The notes below the pieces were generated by a model. That model searched no databases and was not told the DNA's origin. It saw only the letters and a list, made by a program, of their open reading frames with translations. From Zygnema circumcarinatum SAG 698-1b (Eukaryota; Plantae; Zygnematophyceae), in the NCBI GenBank assembly GCA_037447605.1, contig CM074806.1, positions 1,922,001 through 1,986,000 on the forward strand: a DNA stretch of 64,000 nt, read 5' to 3'. Below, piece by piece: positions 52,287-64,000 of this stretch; within the stretch, counting starts at the first letter, position 1; each line of letters begins with the position of its first letter. A program made the position numbers and the translations under genes.

Positions 52287-53476
52287 TTTGACCTCCCCTC
52301 AGACCCCTAGCAGGTGCTTGCATGAATTTCTCATCCGCCAGTTGTCACCCCGGCTGCCCCCATCCCCTTCAGCTGTGTACATGCCATTAACATTCCCTGT
52401 TCAGCATACCGGCTACGTAGTCCCTGCGAGCCCTTTTGCCTCCCTAGAGCGTCTCCCAGTTGGTATCACAGACGCTACCCCTAGTACCTCGTACTGTGCA
52501 GGCGGTGGCCTCCCCCCCAGCAGCAGCAAGGAGCTTGGTTCCCCCTTTTCAGCCCTGCCTGCCTGCCTGCCCGCCTGCCCGCCTGCCTGCCTGCAGGGAA
52601 ACCAAAGAGCTTCTGTGTTGTACCGTACGTACGTTTTGAACTGCGCCCAAAAGTTTTTTAGGCTGCCCAAAAATAACGCCGGAAGACAATCGACGGCGAG
52701 GGTGATGCCCAAAAACGTTTTTTTGATGGATCGGACGGTCAGAAGGAGCTGGGTGTCTTGTAACATGCCTATGTTCAGCGCGGAGGAGGGCCAGGAGTCA
52801 TCTCATGCATCCCATGCATGCGGACAGTACGGAACAGTCCCACAGTGAATGTTTCGTACGGTGCACGACTGTACGGTACTGTATGGATTTTGGCGTAGGT
52901 GCCGTACAGGCACCGCGAGGCACCCTATACGGTTCTATGTGCTGTAGTTCACCGTATGTTGAATCGACCTGCACTGTACACGTGGAAGGTTCCTCGCTCC
53001 AAGGGAAACTTCAAACTGGTTTGTTGTCGTTCGAAACCAAATAAAATTCATAAGCTTTGGGCCTGTTGGTTGCTCTCCCCTTTTTTCTTTTAAGTTGAAA
53101 AGTGAGGCTACTCATTCCCATGGCCGGTTGCTTCTTCCAAGACATCACTCGACGTGATCGGTTCACCTTGATTCCATGTTTTGCCTTTGTCCATGTACAC
53201 TCGATGGCATCGCCCTTGCGAGATCAATGCCCGCTCATGCTTGACTCCGAGTATCCATCCTACAATAATCGTCACATCGCAGTCATCCCTCGACCGATTT
53301 GCAACCTCCAGTCACAAACCCTCCACATATTGGAACTTCCGGCGAACTGCATTCGACACCGAAAAGCGAGCAACGGTACCGCAACACTACGCCGCGGAAT
53401 CTTCGTTGTGTGGTCATAACGGGGGGAGAACGGGCATTGATCCGATCGTAAATATTTACATTACCATGGTGTCTAC

Positions 53477-54704
53477 TAGGGATGGATTAGTTACGATTAT
53501 ATATTATATATTATATTATACAACTGTGACGAATAGATAACGGCTGATATACAGGGTTCGTCAAATAGGGGATTTCGGCTTAAGATAGGGGACTGTCCCC
53601 TAAATTGGTTTTGTAAAAACAATTAAATATGGACTGTACGAACGAAACCGTACACGTACGGACGAAACAGGAAGACAGGAATTGTTTGGGAGAAAGACGA
53701 GTTTCGAAAGAGGTTGACAGACTTTTCATTGGAAGGAATTCTTCACTGCAAACAGTTTGATAGTTTGACCGCTCTTTGAGGGTCTCTTTGTGTAGTTTGC
53801 ATCACTTCTATAGCTGTCTTGTTCAGCCTAAAACTCCTAAGGGAGTGGGACCATTTTTCATTTCATTTCTAATTTTAGTTCCTATTTCAGTTTTTCTTTT
53901 GTGACTACACCTAGAATTTCAGAGGTTATGATTTGGAATAGAGTTTTTGTGAGGAAATTTCAAGACTATGATGGATTCTAAAGTGGTACTTGGAGTAATT
54001 AATGATGGATGGAAAAGGAAATAGAGAGCTTAGGATTGGATCTACAAAGTTTTCGAGCAATTGGGTTTTTGAATAAGCAATTATATGTTGTGATTGCCAA
54101 ATGCACAGTTGTTCTAATTGATTGGTAAAATTTACCAATCTATAAGAGTCGAAGAGGTTGCACCAGTTTCTAAAGCCGTGTTGTAATACCAACAAGAAAA
54201 GTTCATATACATCATTGCTATCGTGGTTGCAAATGCAATTCATTTCCTTTTTGTTTTTAACCAAAAAAATGCTTTTTTGGGGCTTGTGTGGTATTTAAGT
54301 TGAAATCACGTAAACTAATCTCAAAATCTTACATAAATAAGCTATTTACGATATTTAGGGGATCTCCCCTATTTGACGAACCCTGCTGATATATATTAAT
54401 TTACAACGCCTTTACAACATGTACGGTCGTACGGTCGTACGACTGTACGGTATTATGCGGCCCGAGCACGAGCAGACAGAAAAAACCAGACGAACGCATT
54501 TCGCAACGCCAACGCCAAAACGACCTAATTTTGGTATGGTACGACCGTACGACCGTAATCGTACGGTCGTACGGTCGTTACTTGTTCAAATCGAGTGGGT
54601 ATAATATATGTAATAAAGTGTTTTACTTTGTAATATATTACTAATTCTAAACCCGTTGTAAATTATATAATATATTCGGAATTTATAACGCGGGCCATCC
54701 CTAG
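53477..54704. mobile_element. hAT-family MITE, copy B (inverted relative to copy A), interrupted by a second hAT element
   Basis: TIR TAGGGATGG...CCATCCCTA. Exact 8-bp TSD GTGTCTAC at 53469-53476 and 54705-54712. After removing the insert and one TSD, 386 bp remain and match the reverse complement of 19651-20033. Confidence 0.93.
53552..54385. mobile_element. Non-autonomous hAT element (834 bp) nested in MITE copy B
   Basis: Perfect 21-bp TIR CAGGGTTCGTCAAATAGGGGA. Exact 8-bp TSD CTGATATA at 53544-53551 and 54386-54393. AT-rich interior with no transposase motif recognised. Confidence 0.93.
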
Positions 54705-54837
54705 TGTCTACACACAATATAATATAATGATGGCGTCAGGGCAATTCATGCCAATTCATTGTCGCTTCCGTACGCGGTTACGGGCACGATGAGTGCGATT
54801 GTGCCCCGACTCGAACCGGGGACCTCACAATTGCAGC

Positions 54838-54845
54838 TTTCCCGC
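54838..54845 (+). promoter_or_regulatory. Canonical E2F site upstream of ORC5
   Basis: TTTCCCGC matches TTTSSCGS and ends 96 bp before ATG 54942. Confidence 0.55.
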
Positions 54846-54941
54846 GCGGCCCCCGTCTGCTCCGACTCCGAAGCGAGGCGAGGCGAGGCCGGGTCCCAGC
54901 CATGGCCGCGACCCGGCCGACCGCCCGCCCGCCCAGAGCCC

Positions 54942-57900
54942 ATGGCCGGTCGCGCCTCGCGCGCTGCTCTCGTCCGCGCAGGCGGGGGGGAGGCGCTGCC
55001 CGCTGGGCGCCACGTGGAGACGGAGGAAGGCGCCTGTCAAGTGCGCCAAAAGCTGCTGGACGCCTTTCCTGCACGCGCTCGCCAGGTGTGCCTGCTGCTC
55101 TTTGACTTGCTTTAGGGAGGGTTTGCAGGAAGCTCTAGCTGGATTGGCGTAATATAATGCAAGGTAATGATGGTAGTAACTGGCCTTTTATGTTGCAATT
55201 AAGGGAGGGATGAGCGACATTAACTTTCTTTGTTCTTTCTGACTAAGCATGTCTATTTTTGTGATGGATCACCATTGCGCAAGTTTATTTTAAGAGCAAT
55301 CTTTATCCACTTTCGTCTACTTCGTTATATTCTTATTTACCTGAATGTAAATGTATTTGCAACTATGCCGCCAGGAACCTTCGCCTTTTTATGCTTATAA
55401 TGTTGAAGGCAATCTTTGTATCTTATTAAGATAAGAATATAATTCTTATCTTGATCTACTGTTTTGAGCTTGAAATTGTATTTTAGATGCTTTTATACAG
55501 ATGTTTTCGATCGCTGTTTTATGCTTGCCGGATAACATAGCTTATGCAATGTGCTTCAACATGAAGCATCACGTTTGCTATGTATTTGTACTAGACTATC
55601 TTTATTGGAACTATAGCTCTAGAAGTTCTTAGACAAGGCGAGACAGCTGAATTGCCCCCATTGCTAATTGAGTAGGCTGCGACAATTGCTTGATGCTCAT
55701 GGACACTCAACTGGAAAATCTTATGTTTTTTCTGTCTGCTTTTCTTTCCTTCTGATTTGATGGAAGTTGAAAGCGGCTCTTGAAGGATATACTCTAATAT
55801 GTGTAAGGCGCATCCACTTTCACTCGGTTTACGTCTACACATCCACATATAATATTTGACTGTTACTGCCTCTTCTTTTCTACCTCAGGTGGATGGACTA
55901 TTGGAACTTTTTGGAGGTTCATTTGACGTCATTCCCCCAGTGCTCATTTATGGAGGATCAGGTATATATATCAAACAAATATAGACCAGTGGTCTATATT
56001 TGTCTGCAAAACTTGAACAAGCGATGTTAGTTTGCCTGCAGACAGCAATTTTGGAAAGTTCTAGGCTTGTTTTGAATTTCATGTTCAATGTCAATGAAAG
56101 GGACCTCAAGCTGATTGTCATCGTGAGTGTGTGATTCTACTTTCGAAGCTGTTACAGTTGATGACTTGCGTTGATATGCATGTTATGAGCTCGGTTGGGA
56201 GCTTTCAGGTACAGGAAAGAGCACACTGGTCAAGGAGACTCTGCGCCTTCTTCGTCGGCCACATGCCTTTGTCAGCTGCTGTTCTTGCTTCACGCCAGGC
56301 CTCATCTTCGAATCCGTGGTTAATCAGGTACGCCTTGGCTGGCCTTCATCATACATGTGATGAAATCTGGAACCTCTGTGGGTGCAGTGTTCCATTTTCT
56401 TGAGGACGAGAACTGTAAGGCAGATGTTGGTCAATCTGGGACTATTCAAAGACATTTTTACTCAAAAAATGGTTGAAGAAGTGGTTTCCAGTTTCTCATA
56501 ACTTCGTTTTCCTCCGTGGTTACCGTAGATGAACCTCTTTCAAATGTCCCACTTGTTGATTGCTCTCCAGGTCGGACTCGGCAACCATTGGCCAACCATT
56601 GTTTGCCAATGGTTGGCCGTCCAAGGCTCGCCATCATTGGAATGGTTGCCAACGACTAGCGATCGCTGGCGACCATCGAAGGCAATGATTCCAACCACTG
56701 CGAATGGTTGGCTGGTCCGCCCATCATGGCTCCAACCATTGGCTATGGCTGCAAACTGTTGGACGCATCCAATGGCTGCCAACCATTAGCAATGGTTGGC
56801 ACCATTACCTAGAAAGCACAAAATTTACGGGCCGACTGGCACATTGAACCTCACCTCAACATTGTATGGGGTCGACGTGTTTTTAACCATTACAACGGTG
56901 ATTGCCATGAATTTCTGTAAGAAAAGGCTTATGAACTTAGGAAAAGGCTTGAGACTCCCAAACCAATGGTTGGTGCATTGGCAATAGTTGGCTGGATCTC
57001 CGACCAATGGCTAGCAACCTTTCCAATGGTTGATCCAATGGTTCAAACCTGCGGATATACCAAGCTCCACTGCCACAATCATGCGAAAACTCCCACTTTG
57101 ACCACCCGTGAATCCATTGTGACATTGAATCACAAAAGCCATTGCGATCAGCCTTAGACTTTATTGACATTTCTGAAGTGATACGATATGTGCAAGACCC
57201 ATCAGCAGCCTGTGCCGTAAAACAATTATGAAGCCCCTGATGTGTTTCATGCCCCCTTATATTTTCAGCTTATGGGGCACGTCCGAACCGCAGCCAACAA
57301 CTATTGCAGTATCAAGCGGCTGAAGAAATTGTCAGAGCTGGTGGAAGCGCTTCCAGAGGCAGTCGCCACAGCTACAAGCCGACATGGTGTGTCAGGATAG
57401 TTCCAGCTTTTTCTTGCAGTCTTTTTATCCTCACACAAGCGGATGTAATTGTGCATTGTCATACTCTCAGGACCTGTCTAACTGACCACCTCTTGTTTCT
57501 TTTCATACACCATTCTCACAGCGTGCTCTTCTCCCCCCTGTGCTTTATCAGATTTCTCATCAGCTGAAACTGGTGTCAATCAGCACATTGGACAGCAGTC
57601 TGCCGCATCTGAAGGGAAACCTTTGACTGCTGCAATGGGAGTATCGGAGTTGTCCACTGCCGCACAGAACAAGGAGAAGCCAGTATACCTGGTTTTCGAC
57701 AACATAGAACTCCTGAAGACATGGGAGGACGGTTTTCAACTGCTGGCTGCACTCGTGAGGCTTCCAGAACTTTCTGGACAGCCCAATGTAGGCGCAGTAT
57801 TCATCAGCACTTTGGGATGGGACTGTTTCCGGTGCGAAACTGGCTCACGTGAACCGATCCCGCTTCATTTTCCTGATTACTCCGATGCTGACCTAACTGC

Positions 57901-60144
57901 TGTTCTAAGCAGAAAGCATCAGCTTTCAGCGCCATATGTTCCATTTCTCAGGTAATGGCCTAAGGTGAATTTTCTTGTAGCCTGCTGCTTTCTTAAAAGA
58001 TCTAGATTGCAATCTATCCAATTAGAGGAGGATGGTACACGAAATTACTTAGACTTGCGCCTAGGCTGGCTTAATGCACGGTCGTTTAGCTCAGTACGGA
58101 AGTCAAGAACTTGCACGTCAACCCACTGCCTGTATCTTTTCCGTGTCCTATTTCAGTTTCGCTTTCCATTTTCGTCATCCATTTTCCCCCATCCGACCCA
58201 CACTCGTTTGATGTTTGTGAGCAGTACTATATTGAAAACTGTGTCCCGCGCCACACGTTCATTAATGGAAGTGGAGAGTGCTGTGGAGCTGCTGTATGAC
58301 AAGTATTGCGAACCCTTCACAAAAGGAAAGGATGTTGTGCCAGAGAATGAAGATGGTCGGAGGCGCCTCTTCAGGTTGCTGAGACCGCATCTCCAGGCAG
58401 TTATGAAGGACCCGCTTCAGATGCACTTCTGGTAAGAAACAAGAAAAAGTAAAGGTTTTCTGGGTAAAGGAAAGGATATTGTCAGAGAACGTAACGAAGT
58501 TTGTGCATGCAGGCCAAGTCAGTGCCAGCAAGATAACAAGGGGACGAGTAAGAAAAGGTGGAGGTAGTCAGGGATGGATTCTCCTTGAGGACTCTGTTTG
58601 CTCTCATATCTCGTTATGGCAAGAATTTAGCAGCCAGGGTTGGCCAAGATCGTCAAATTGCAGACACCACATTTGCCTCAAACCTGGAATGAAAAAGAAA
58701 AAAAATCATTCTCCTTATAAGGCCGGCAGTTGCATTTTATTCCTCCTTATAGCAGGTCAGAGGTCTCTAGCGGCAAAAGCGGTGGCCTCCTTCTTCCTAT
58801 CACAAGCACATTTCTGCTACTCGCTGGATACATTGCCTCTCGGAATCCAGCCACGCTGGACGCTGATGTTTTTGACTTCAAAGATACGAGAGAAAGCAAA
58901 CGAAAACGGAGGTAATTGGTTTTTGTGCCCAAGGAAGCACGTATTCCTCATATCCTTGGCTCGTATTGTTATTAGCTGCCTTTCTGGTGTGACTGAATCA
59001 ATGACGGAAAGGAATATAGCATGGCTAGCATGATGAAACGTGTATCTTGTGAGATGACAACGCAAGAAAATAGCAGGTATTCTCTTGCAGATTTTCAAGA
59101 GTAAACGCTCTGTGCAGGGCGCTGAGGTGGATTTCACCAGAAGGGACTGTAAGGAACTAACTTTGCATGTTTATATATCTTAAAAATGCCAATGATTGAT
59201 TTGCAATTTGAGGTGTCAGAGGGGAAAGCTGTACTTAATGGTGTGCCATTTGCCACATGGCTTGTCTTTAGTTCAAGATTTGAATGTGTATGGTTCTTCG
59301 CATTTTTTTGATGGTGAGAGGAAGAGAAAGGCGCTGGGAAACCACCAGCTTCTCTCGTCATATGTCTGCTGTTGCTGCTTGTGTTGTGTGTGATGCCGTC
59401 CCTCACCAATAATTTCGTATTTCCCGTCATCAGCAATTTTTCCCGCACTGTGTGATCTTATCGTTCCTTTACTCACCCACGCTTTAAGGAACCTTGCTCG
59501 TTGTTCCAGACGGTCTGCTGCTGTGGAGGAGAAAATTGAGCGAGAAGTTCAGGAAGGACAGTTACGGGGTCCAGGACACTTTCCTCTTGAGAGAGTGCTT
59601 GCAATCTATTCCTGCATTGTTGAGAATGAGGGAGATGACTTGACGGGGGAGAGTATGGGAAGGAGAGTTCTGCCCCTTCCCACGACTGGAGATCCATCTG
59701 CGGTTAGTTTACACCAGACATTTGGCGATGGTGAGGTCAGAGTTGGCGAATCATGGAGACAAGTTTCGGCAGAGTTGCTGATGCAGGTAGCTACGCTCGT
59801 GAGAGCTGGCCTGCTGGTGAAGAGTAACAGCGATCCACTGGATGCAGGAACCAAATTTTGGTGTATGGTGGATCAGGACCTCATTCGGAAGGTACTGTCA
59901 CTTTGCAGTTTATGACTTCTTCCAGCCTCAGCAGTAGTTAGTGTTGAGCTTTCGTCCTGTTATGTGTGTAAGAGTGTTGTGTTCCTGATACGCAGTTCGT
60001 CCTGCTGAATTTTTTTCCTTTTAGTATCTTTGAGTAAACACGAGGTTCGTTGCTTCTGACCCATGCTTGTCGGTGTTTTTATTGGATCTGCAGATTGCCG
60101 CCGACATCAAGTTCCCGCTGGATCCCTATCTGAGGTTTGGTTAA
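54942..60144 (+). CDS. ORC5: Origin recognition complex subunit 5 (multi-exon)
   Basis: LLDAFPARARQV; PPVLIYGGS|GTGKSTLV (Walker A); FTPGLIFESVVNQ; VYLVFDNIELL; PIPLHFPDYS; STFLLLAGYIASRNPATLD; GPGHFPLERVLAIY; LLMQVATLV; last exon IAADIKFPLDPYLRFG* (stop 60142-60144). An alternative in-frame ATG lies at 54789. Confidence 0.93.
56568..57051. repeat. Palindrome-rich MITE-like insertion in an ORC5 intron
   Basis: About a dozen AACCATT/AATGGTT motifs in both orientations around a unique core. Ends are CAGGT...ACCTG. No TSD found. Shares the core motif of the 2151-6165 element. Confidence 0.6.
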
Positions 60145-61149
60145 GAGCGGACAGCAAGCAATAAGCTCGGAGTGATTATTGCTGTTTGGACTAGTTGCCA
60201 AGCTGAGAGAATTATACTCAGTATAAATGTCCAGTTGAGCGGCTCTGCCTCAAAGCTCACTTCTGTAACAACGCAATAGGTAGCTTTTCCTTTCACCGTT
60301 TAACGGAACCTGAGTAGGTGTCACTCTTGCTGTGGTTCCAGAACCACCCTTACTGCAGGAAGCAGAATGTCCAGTTTTTGTACAGTCCATGCCTCATTTT
60401 CACATTGACAAACTTAGGTTAAACATTACCGCTAGTGTTCACGCATTTGGCGAGTGTTCATTGTTGTCAGATAGCCACACTGTCCGCGCGCGTGCGAAGG
60501 TGTAAATTTCACAGCAAAGGCTTTCTATTGTAATCCAAAAAATCATAAATTTCCTCATGTTTGACAACGATGACGTGACTGAGTTGAGTTTACCTCTGTG
60601 GGGAAGAGGGTGGGAGGGAGAAAGTGAGCTGGAGAGAAAGAGAGAGGTAGAGATGCCACCAGTTACGACTTGCGCCAAAAAATATTCATTTGCAAGCTTA
60701 AGCAGCTCTTGGAAGGGGGAGCTCAGACTTGGAAAGGTCAAATACTCTCATTCCAGAAAACAGTTGTCAAATAAAGCTGATCTCATGTATTGTTTGTTTG
60801 ACAATAGAGGACGGTAAGCAACCTTAAAAACTTGAATCAAATCGACGAAAGCTCTTCCGAGGATGTAATAGCGGTACTCTACTCCCTTTCAGCAGCACCA
60901 CGACTCTTGCAAGAAGTTTCCATGCGCAAAAATAAAATAAAGAGCATTGGCTACAGAAAAAGGACCAAGTTAGGAGCAACTACTGACATAGTAGTGCTAT
61001 GTACAAAATTGCGTCGGTAAGAACTTATACGGCAGGCTCAGAATGAAAAAATAAGGGGGAGCATTCGCTGCTTAATCTGCAGAATATCTGTCCCTAAAAA
61101 TGGGAGCTCCCCCCTCCCCGTGTCGTGCAGGTAATGAATTCCCGGAAAA

Positions 61150-61725
61150 AAGTGAATGATCTTCCTCGGAATGAGCAGAGCGGCCCAACCGATGTCCAAT
61201 ATACAGAGCAAGAAAAAACCCTCCAAGTTGCAAAACACGGCCAACGACATTAAGTAGACTGTTGCGTCGCACTCCTATCAAGGCTCCGTCACGAGGGATA
61301 GCTTCCGTATCGGAGTGCTCCCCGGTAGGAAGTCGTCCATCTGAGTCTGTCACGCTGAGTTCCTCAGTTATCTGTTTGACGTGATGAAAAAGTTAAAACA
61401 CGTGAATGATCTTCCTCGGAATGAGCAGAGCGGCCCAACCGACGTCCAATAGACAGACTAAGAGAAAATTCAATTCGCAAACTGTTGCGTCGCATTCCTG
61501 TCAAGGCTCCATCACAAGGGATAGCATCCGCATCGAAGTGCTCCCCGGAAGGAAGTCGTCCATCTGAGTCTGTCAAGCTGAGTTCCTCAGTCATCTGTTC
61601 GGACAAGTGTTCCTGAACTTGATTACCATCCACAACAGTGTTGGACACAGTTAAGGCGTTTACGTCACGGTTGCGATGAATTTCGTTTCCTGTATCAGCT
61701 GGGACACGTGATGAAAAAGTTATGC
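61150..61725. repeat. Diverged tandem duplication (two related units)
   Basis: GTGAATGATCTTCCTCGGAATGAGCAGAGCGGCCCAACCGA at about 61152 and 61402. Paralogous minus-strand peptides TDSDGRLPTGEHSDTEAIPRDGAL and TDSDGRLPSGEHFDADAIPCDGAL. Confidence 0.8.
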
Positions 61726-61755
61726 TTGAATCATTTTCACTCTCTATCTCATTTT

Positions 61756-64000
61756 TGTTGAGAATCCGACATTCTCAGTTTTGTCGTACTATTTTGTCGT
61801 TTTCCCAGCCACGTGTACTTACACCTGGCTGTGCTTTTAGCTTGTACTTTTCTGTTAGTTTAGTTGTACCTTTGCGGCTGTGTGCTTCACACCCGGCCAC
61901 CCTTGCTCAGGCTAGTTCCACACCCTTTTGTCGCGTAGCTCTAGCCGCAATGTATATAAAACAGATTAGGACATTGTACACTTTACCACGTTAATCACAC
62001 ATCTGTCTTTTTGTGTCAACTCTCTCTGTCCTCACTTTGATCGTACAATGTCCACTCCGTCTTTTTCAATAGGTTATGGAGCGCTCGTACCGATAAACGG
62101 GGTGACTGGGACAAACTGTAGCGCATTTGGAGTTTAGGTGCGGTGACTTTTGAGGAAGAGAATCTGCAGCTGGCCAGTGCGTAGATTCTTGGTCTAGAGA
62201 CACATCCTTTACCACTTCCTCCACCGCCCGGCCAGCGACGCCTTGAGTACTTGGCAGCGCGAAGAGATCACCGATTGGACAAAACGCGACAAGAAGGCGT
62301 TTCTCCGCATCACACTCGGCATTCAGCGCAGTCTCATCGGACACGTCCGTGACGCCACCAGCTCCCACGACGCTTGGACTCTTCTGACCAATGCGTACGA
62401 ACCTCGGAAGTGGTCTCACAAACTCCGTTTGCGGCGTGCCTTCACTAACTGCGTAAAGGAATCCTCTGAAACCATCGCGACATATACTGACGCGTCAAAT
62501 CGCTGCTGACGGCCGCGGCATTGATTCGCGTAGTTACGTGATGATGAGATCATCACGTAATCTTTTAGGCGGGCTGCCCATTTCTTTCCGGTCCTTACGT
62601 CTACCGTCCGGTGATCGCGCCTCGATCTACTAACGAAATTCGTCGGCCGACCTTCTTTTGAGCAGGAGGAAAAAGATTCCACCCCTCGGATCCTCCCAGC
62701 GGCGTCCGGCTTTTGGGATCTGGTACTCCACCGTAAGTCTCCGAAGCCCTCTTTTGTATCGGTATTGCAAAGAACGCGGACTACGCGTAAAGGACAAAGC
62801 TGTCGCTCGGCGGGAAGCGGCGCCGACTTTTGCGGCGCCCGTCCGTACCTCCGCCCGCTGGCGCGGCAAATATCGCGGCGCCCTCCGATTTGGCCCCTGC
62901 GATTCGGTCCCCCGCTGAACCTGTCGTACAGCTTACGTGGCCACCCTCCCTCACGTTCCCTACCGCTCCCTTGGTCCCGCTGCCGCCCCCCGCCGTACAC
63001 CCCTCTCTTCACCCCGGCTTTCCCCCCCCGGCCGGCCCGCCTCCCACCCCGGGTGTCGTCTATGGTGCTCCCGAGTTCGGTCACGCTTTCCTGGCCGCGG
63101 ACCCTTTTGGGTATGACCCTTCTCTCCCTGACTCCACTTGGCTTATTGACTCGGGTGCCTCCCATCATCTAACTTTTCGTCGTGACTGGTTCTCTCGGCT
63201 TTCTCCCCTCCCTCTCCCCATGACCATTTTCTTAGGGGATAACCGCTCCTTGACTGCCACGCATGTCGGCCAGGTTTCCACTCTAATTGACGGCCAGCGC
63301 TTCATCATCGATGACGTCTACCTGGTGGATGGCCTCGCGAAGAATCTGTTTTCAGTAGCCTCCATCCTGATTTTAGGCATTCGGCTCTTTTAGGCCCGAG
63401 GCAAGGTTACTCTTCCACCCAGGAGGAGCCGTAGTTAGACGCGGCCTTGAAACCGACGCTTGTTTTCCTTACCTCTTTTCGCGGCCTCCTTAGGCGCGCC
63501 CATGCTCACACCGCCCGGCCCCCCTTACGCTTTCTTCGGTGGCACCTCGCTTTGGCCACCTTGGCGAAAGTAACCTCCCGGAAGCTCGGACCGGGGCTTG
63601 GAGTGTTAGGTTTAGACTCTTTCTCTGGAATACAAGTTAGACTTTTGTTCAGTTGTATTCAGGAAAAATGACAAGATTGCCTTTTCCTCAAGCTCCACCC
63701 TTGTCTCTGAACCTCTGGCACTCATTCATTCTGATGTCTGTGGCCCCATGCGCGATGTTAGCCTCGGTGGCGCATCATATTTTGTTACGTTCATTGACCA
63801 AGCGACTCACTTTTCCCATGTTTTTCCCATAAGCTCACAAAATTAGGCGTTTTTCTCCCTTCAAGAAGAGTTCAAAGCGTCGCGAGAGACCACTTCTCGG
63901 TCGCGCCAGAGACCACTGTAGCGATACTTGGCTGACGAGTTTGTAATCCACACGCCTTCTCCACGTACACCTTCGCCTTCCGGCATCACCCATCGAACTA
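61756..64000 (+). mobile_element. Ty1/copia LTR retrotransposon, copy 2 (same family, runs off the window)
   Basis: 5' LTR 61756-62071 (316 bp), roughly 95% similar to the other LTRs by eye. Degenerate PBS GGTTATGG. Gag fragment (RDKKAFLRITL...AWTLLTNAYE), protease WLIDSGASHHL, VYLVDGLAKNLFSV, then integrase start (IHSDVCGPM). Many frameshifts. Confidence 0.93.

Noticed and set aside
53926-54264. ORF inside the nested hAT element as a transposase remnant
   Set aside because: AT-rich, with no BED finger, DDE or dimerisation motif recognisable.
54800-54845. tRNA-like T-arm / B-box (GGTTCGAGTC on the minus strand) near ORC5
   Set aside because: T-stem mismatch and no D-arm, A-box or acceptor stem.
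60439-60741. 100-aa minus-strand ORF as a gene
   Set aside because: No recognisable homology; it could be exons of the copia-disrupted gene but this cannot be supported from sequence alone.
62072-64000. Programmed frameshifting in copia copy 2
   Set aside because: Frameshifts and substitutions are numerous and scattered, which fits decay or low consensus quality; copia gag-pol is normally a single frame.

Overview
This is eukaryotic, intron-rich nuclear DNA. The gene content (plant-type Tubby F-box, CHR5, PUM24, C3H17-like, a plant-type uncharacterised protein) points to a streptophyte green plant or alga; that assignment is inference. The core from about 6.9 to 60.1 kb holds eight genes: PUM24(-), amidophosphoribosyltransferase(+), Tubby-like F-box(-), an uncharacterised plant-type protein(-), TIM23(+), a CCCH zinc-finger protein(-), CHR5/CHD1(-) and ORC5(+). 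Six of them form three head-to-head pairs. The left end has a (GCCAGAA)n array and a nested repeat cluster. In that cluster a palindromic AACCA/TGGTT minisatellite element hosts a Ty1/copia retrotransposon (PBS for half-molecule tRNA-iMet, TG...TA LTRs) and a 145-bp solo-LTR-like insert. A second copy of the same copia family begins at the right end and interrupts an open reading frame. Two copies of a GTAC-rich hAT MITE with exact 8-bp TSDs are present; the copy in the CHR5/ORC5 shared upstream region carries a second hAT element nested inside it. Dense (C)CGTAC clusters recur both in these mobile elements and directly upstream of host genes. There are two 10-N gaps (2671-2680, 9081-9090). 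Exon boundaries were read by eye and no database searches were run.
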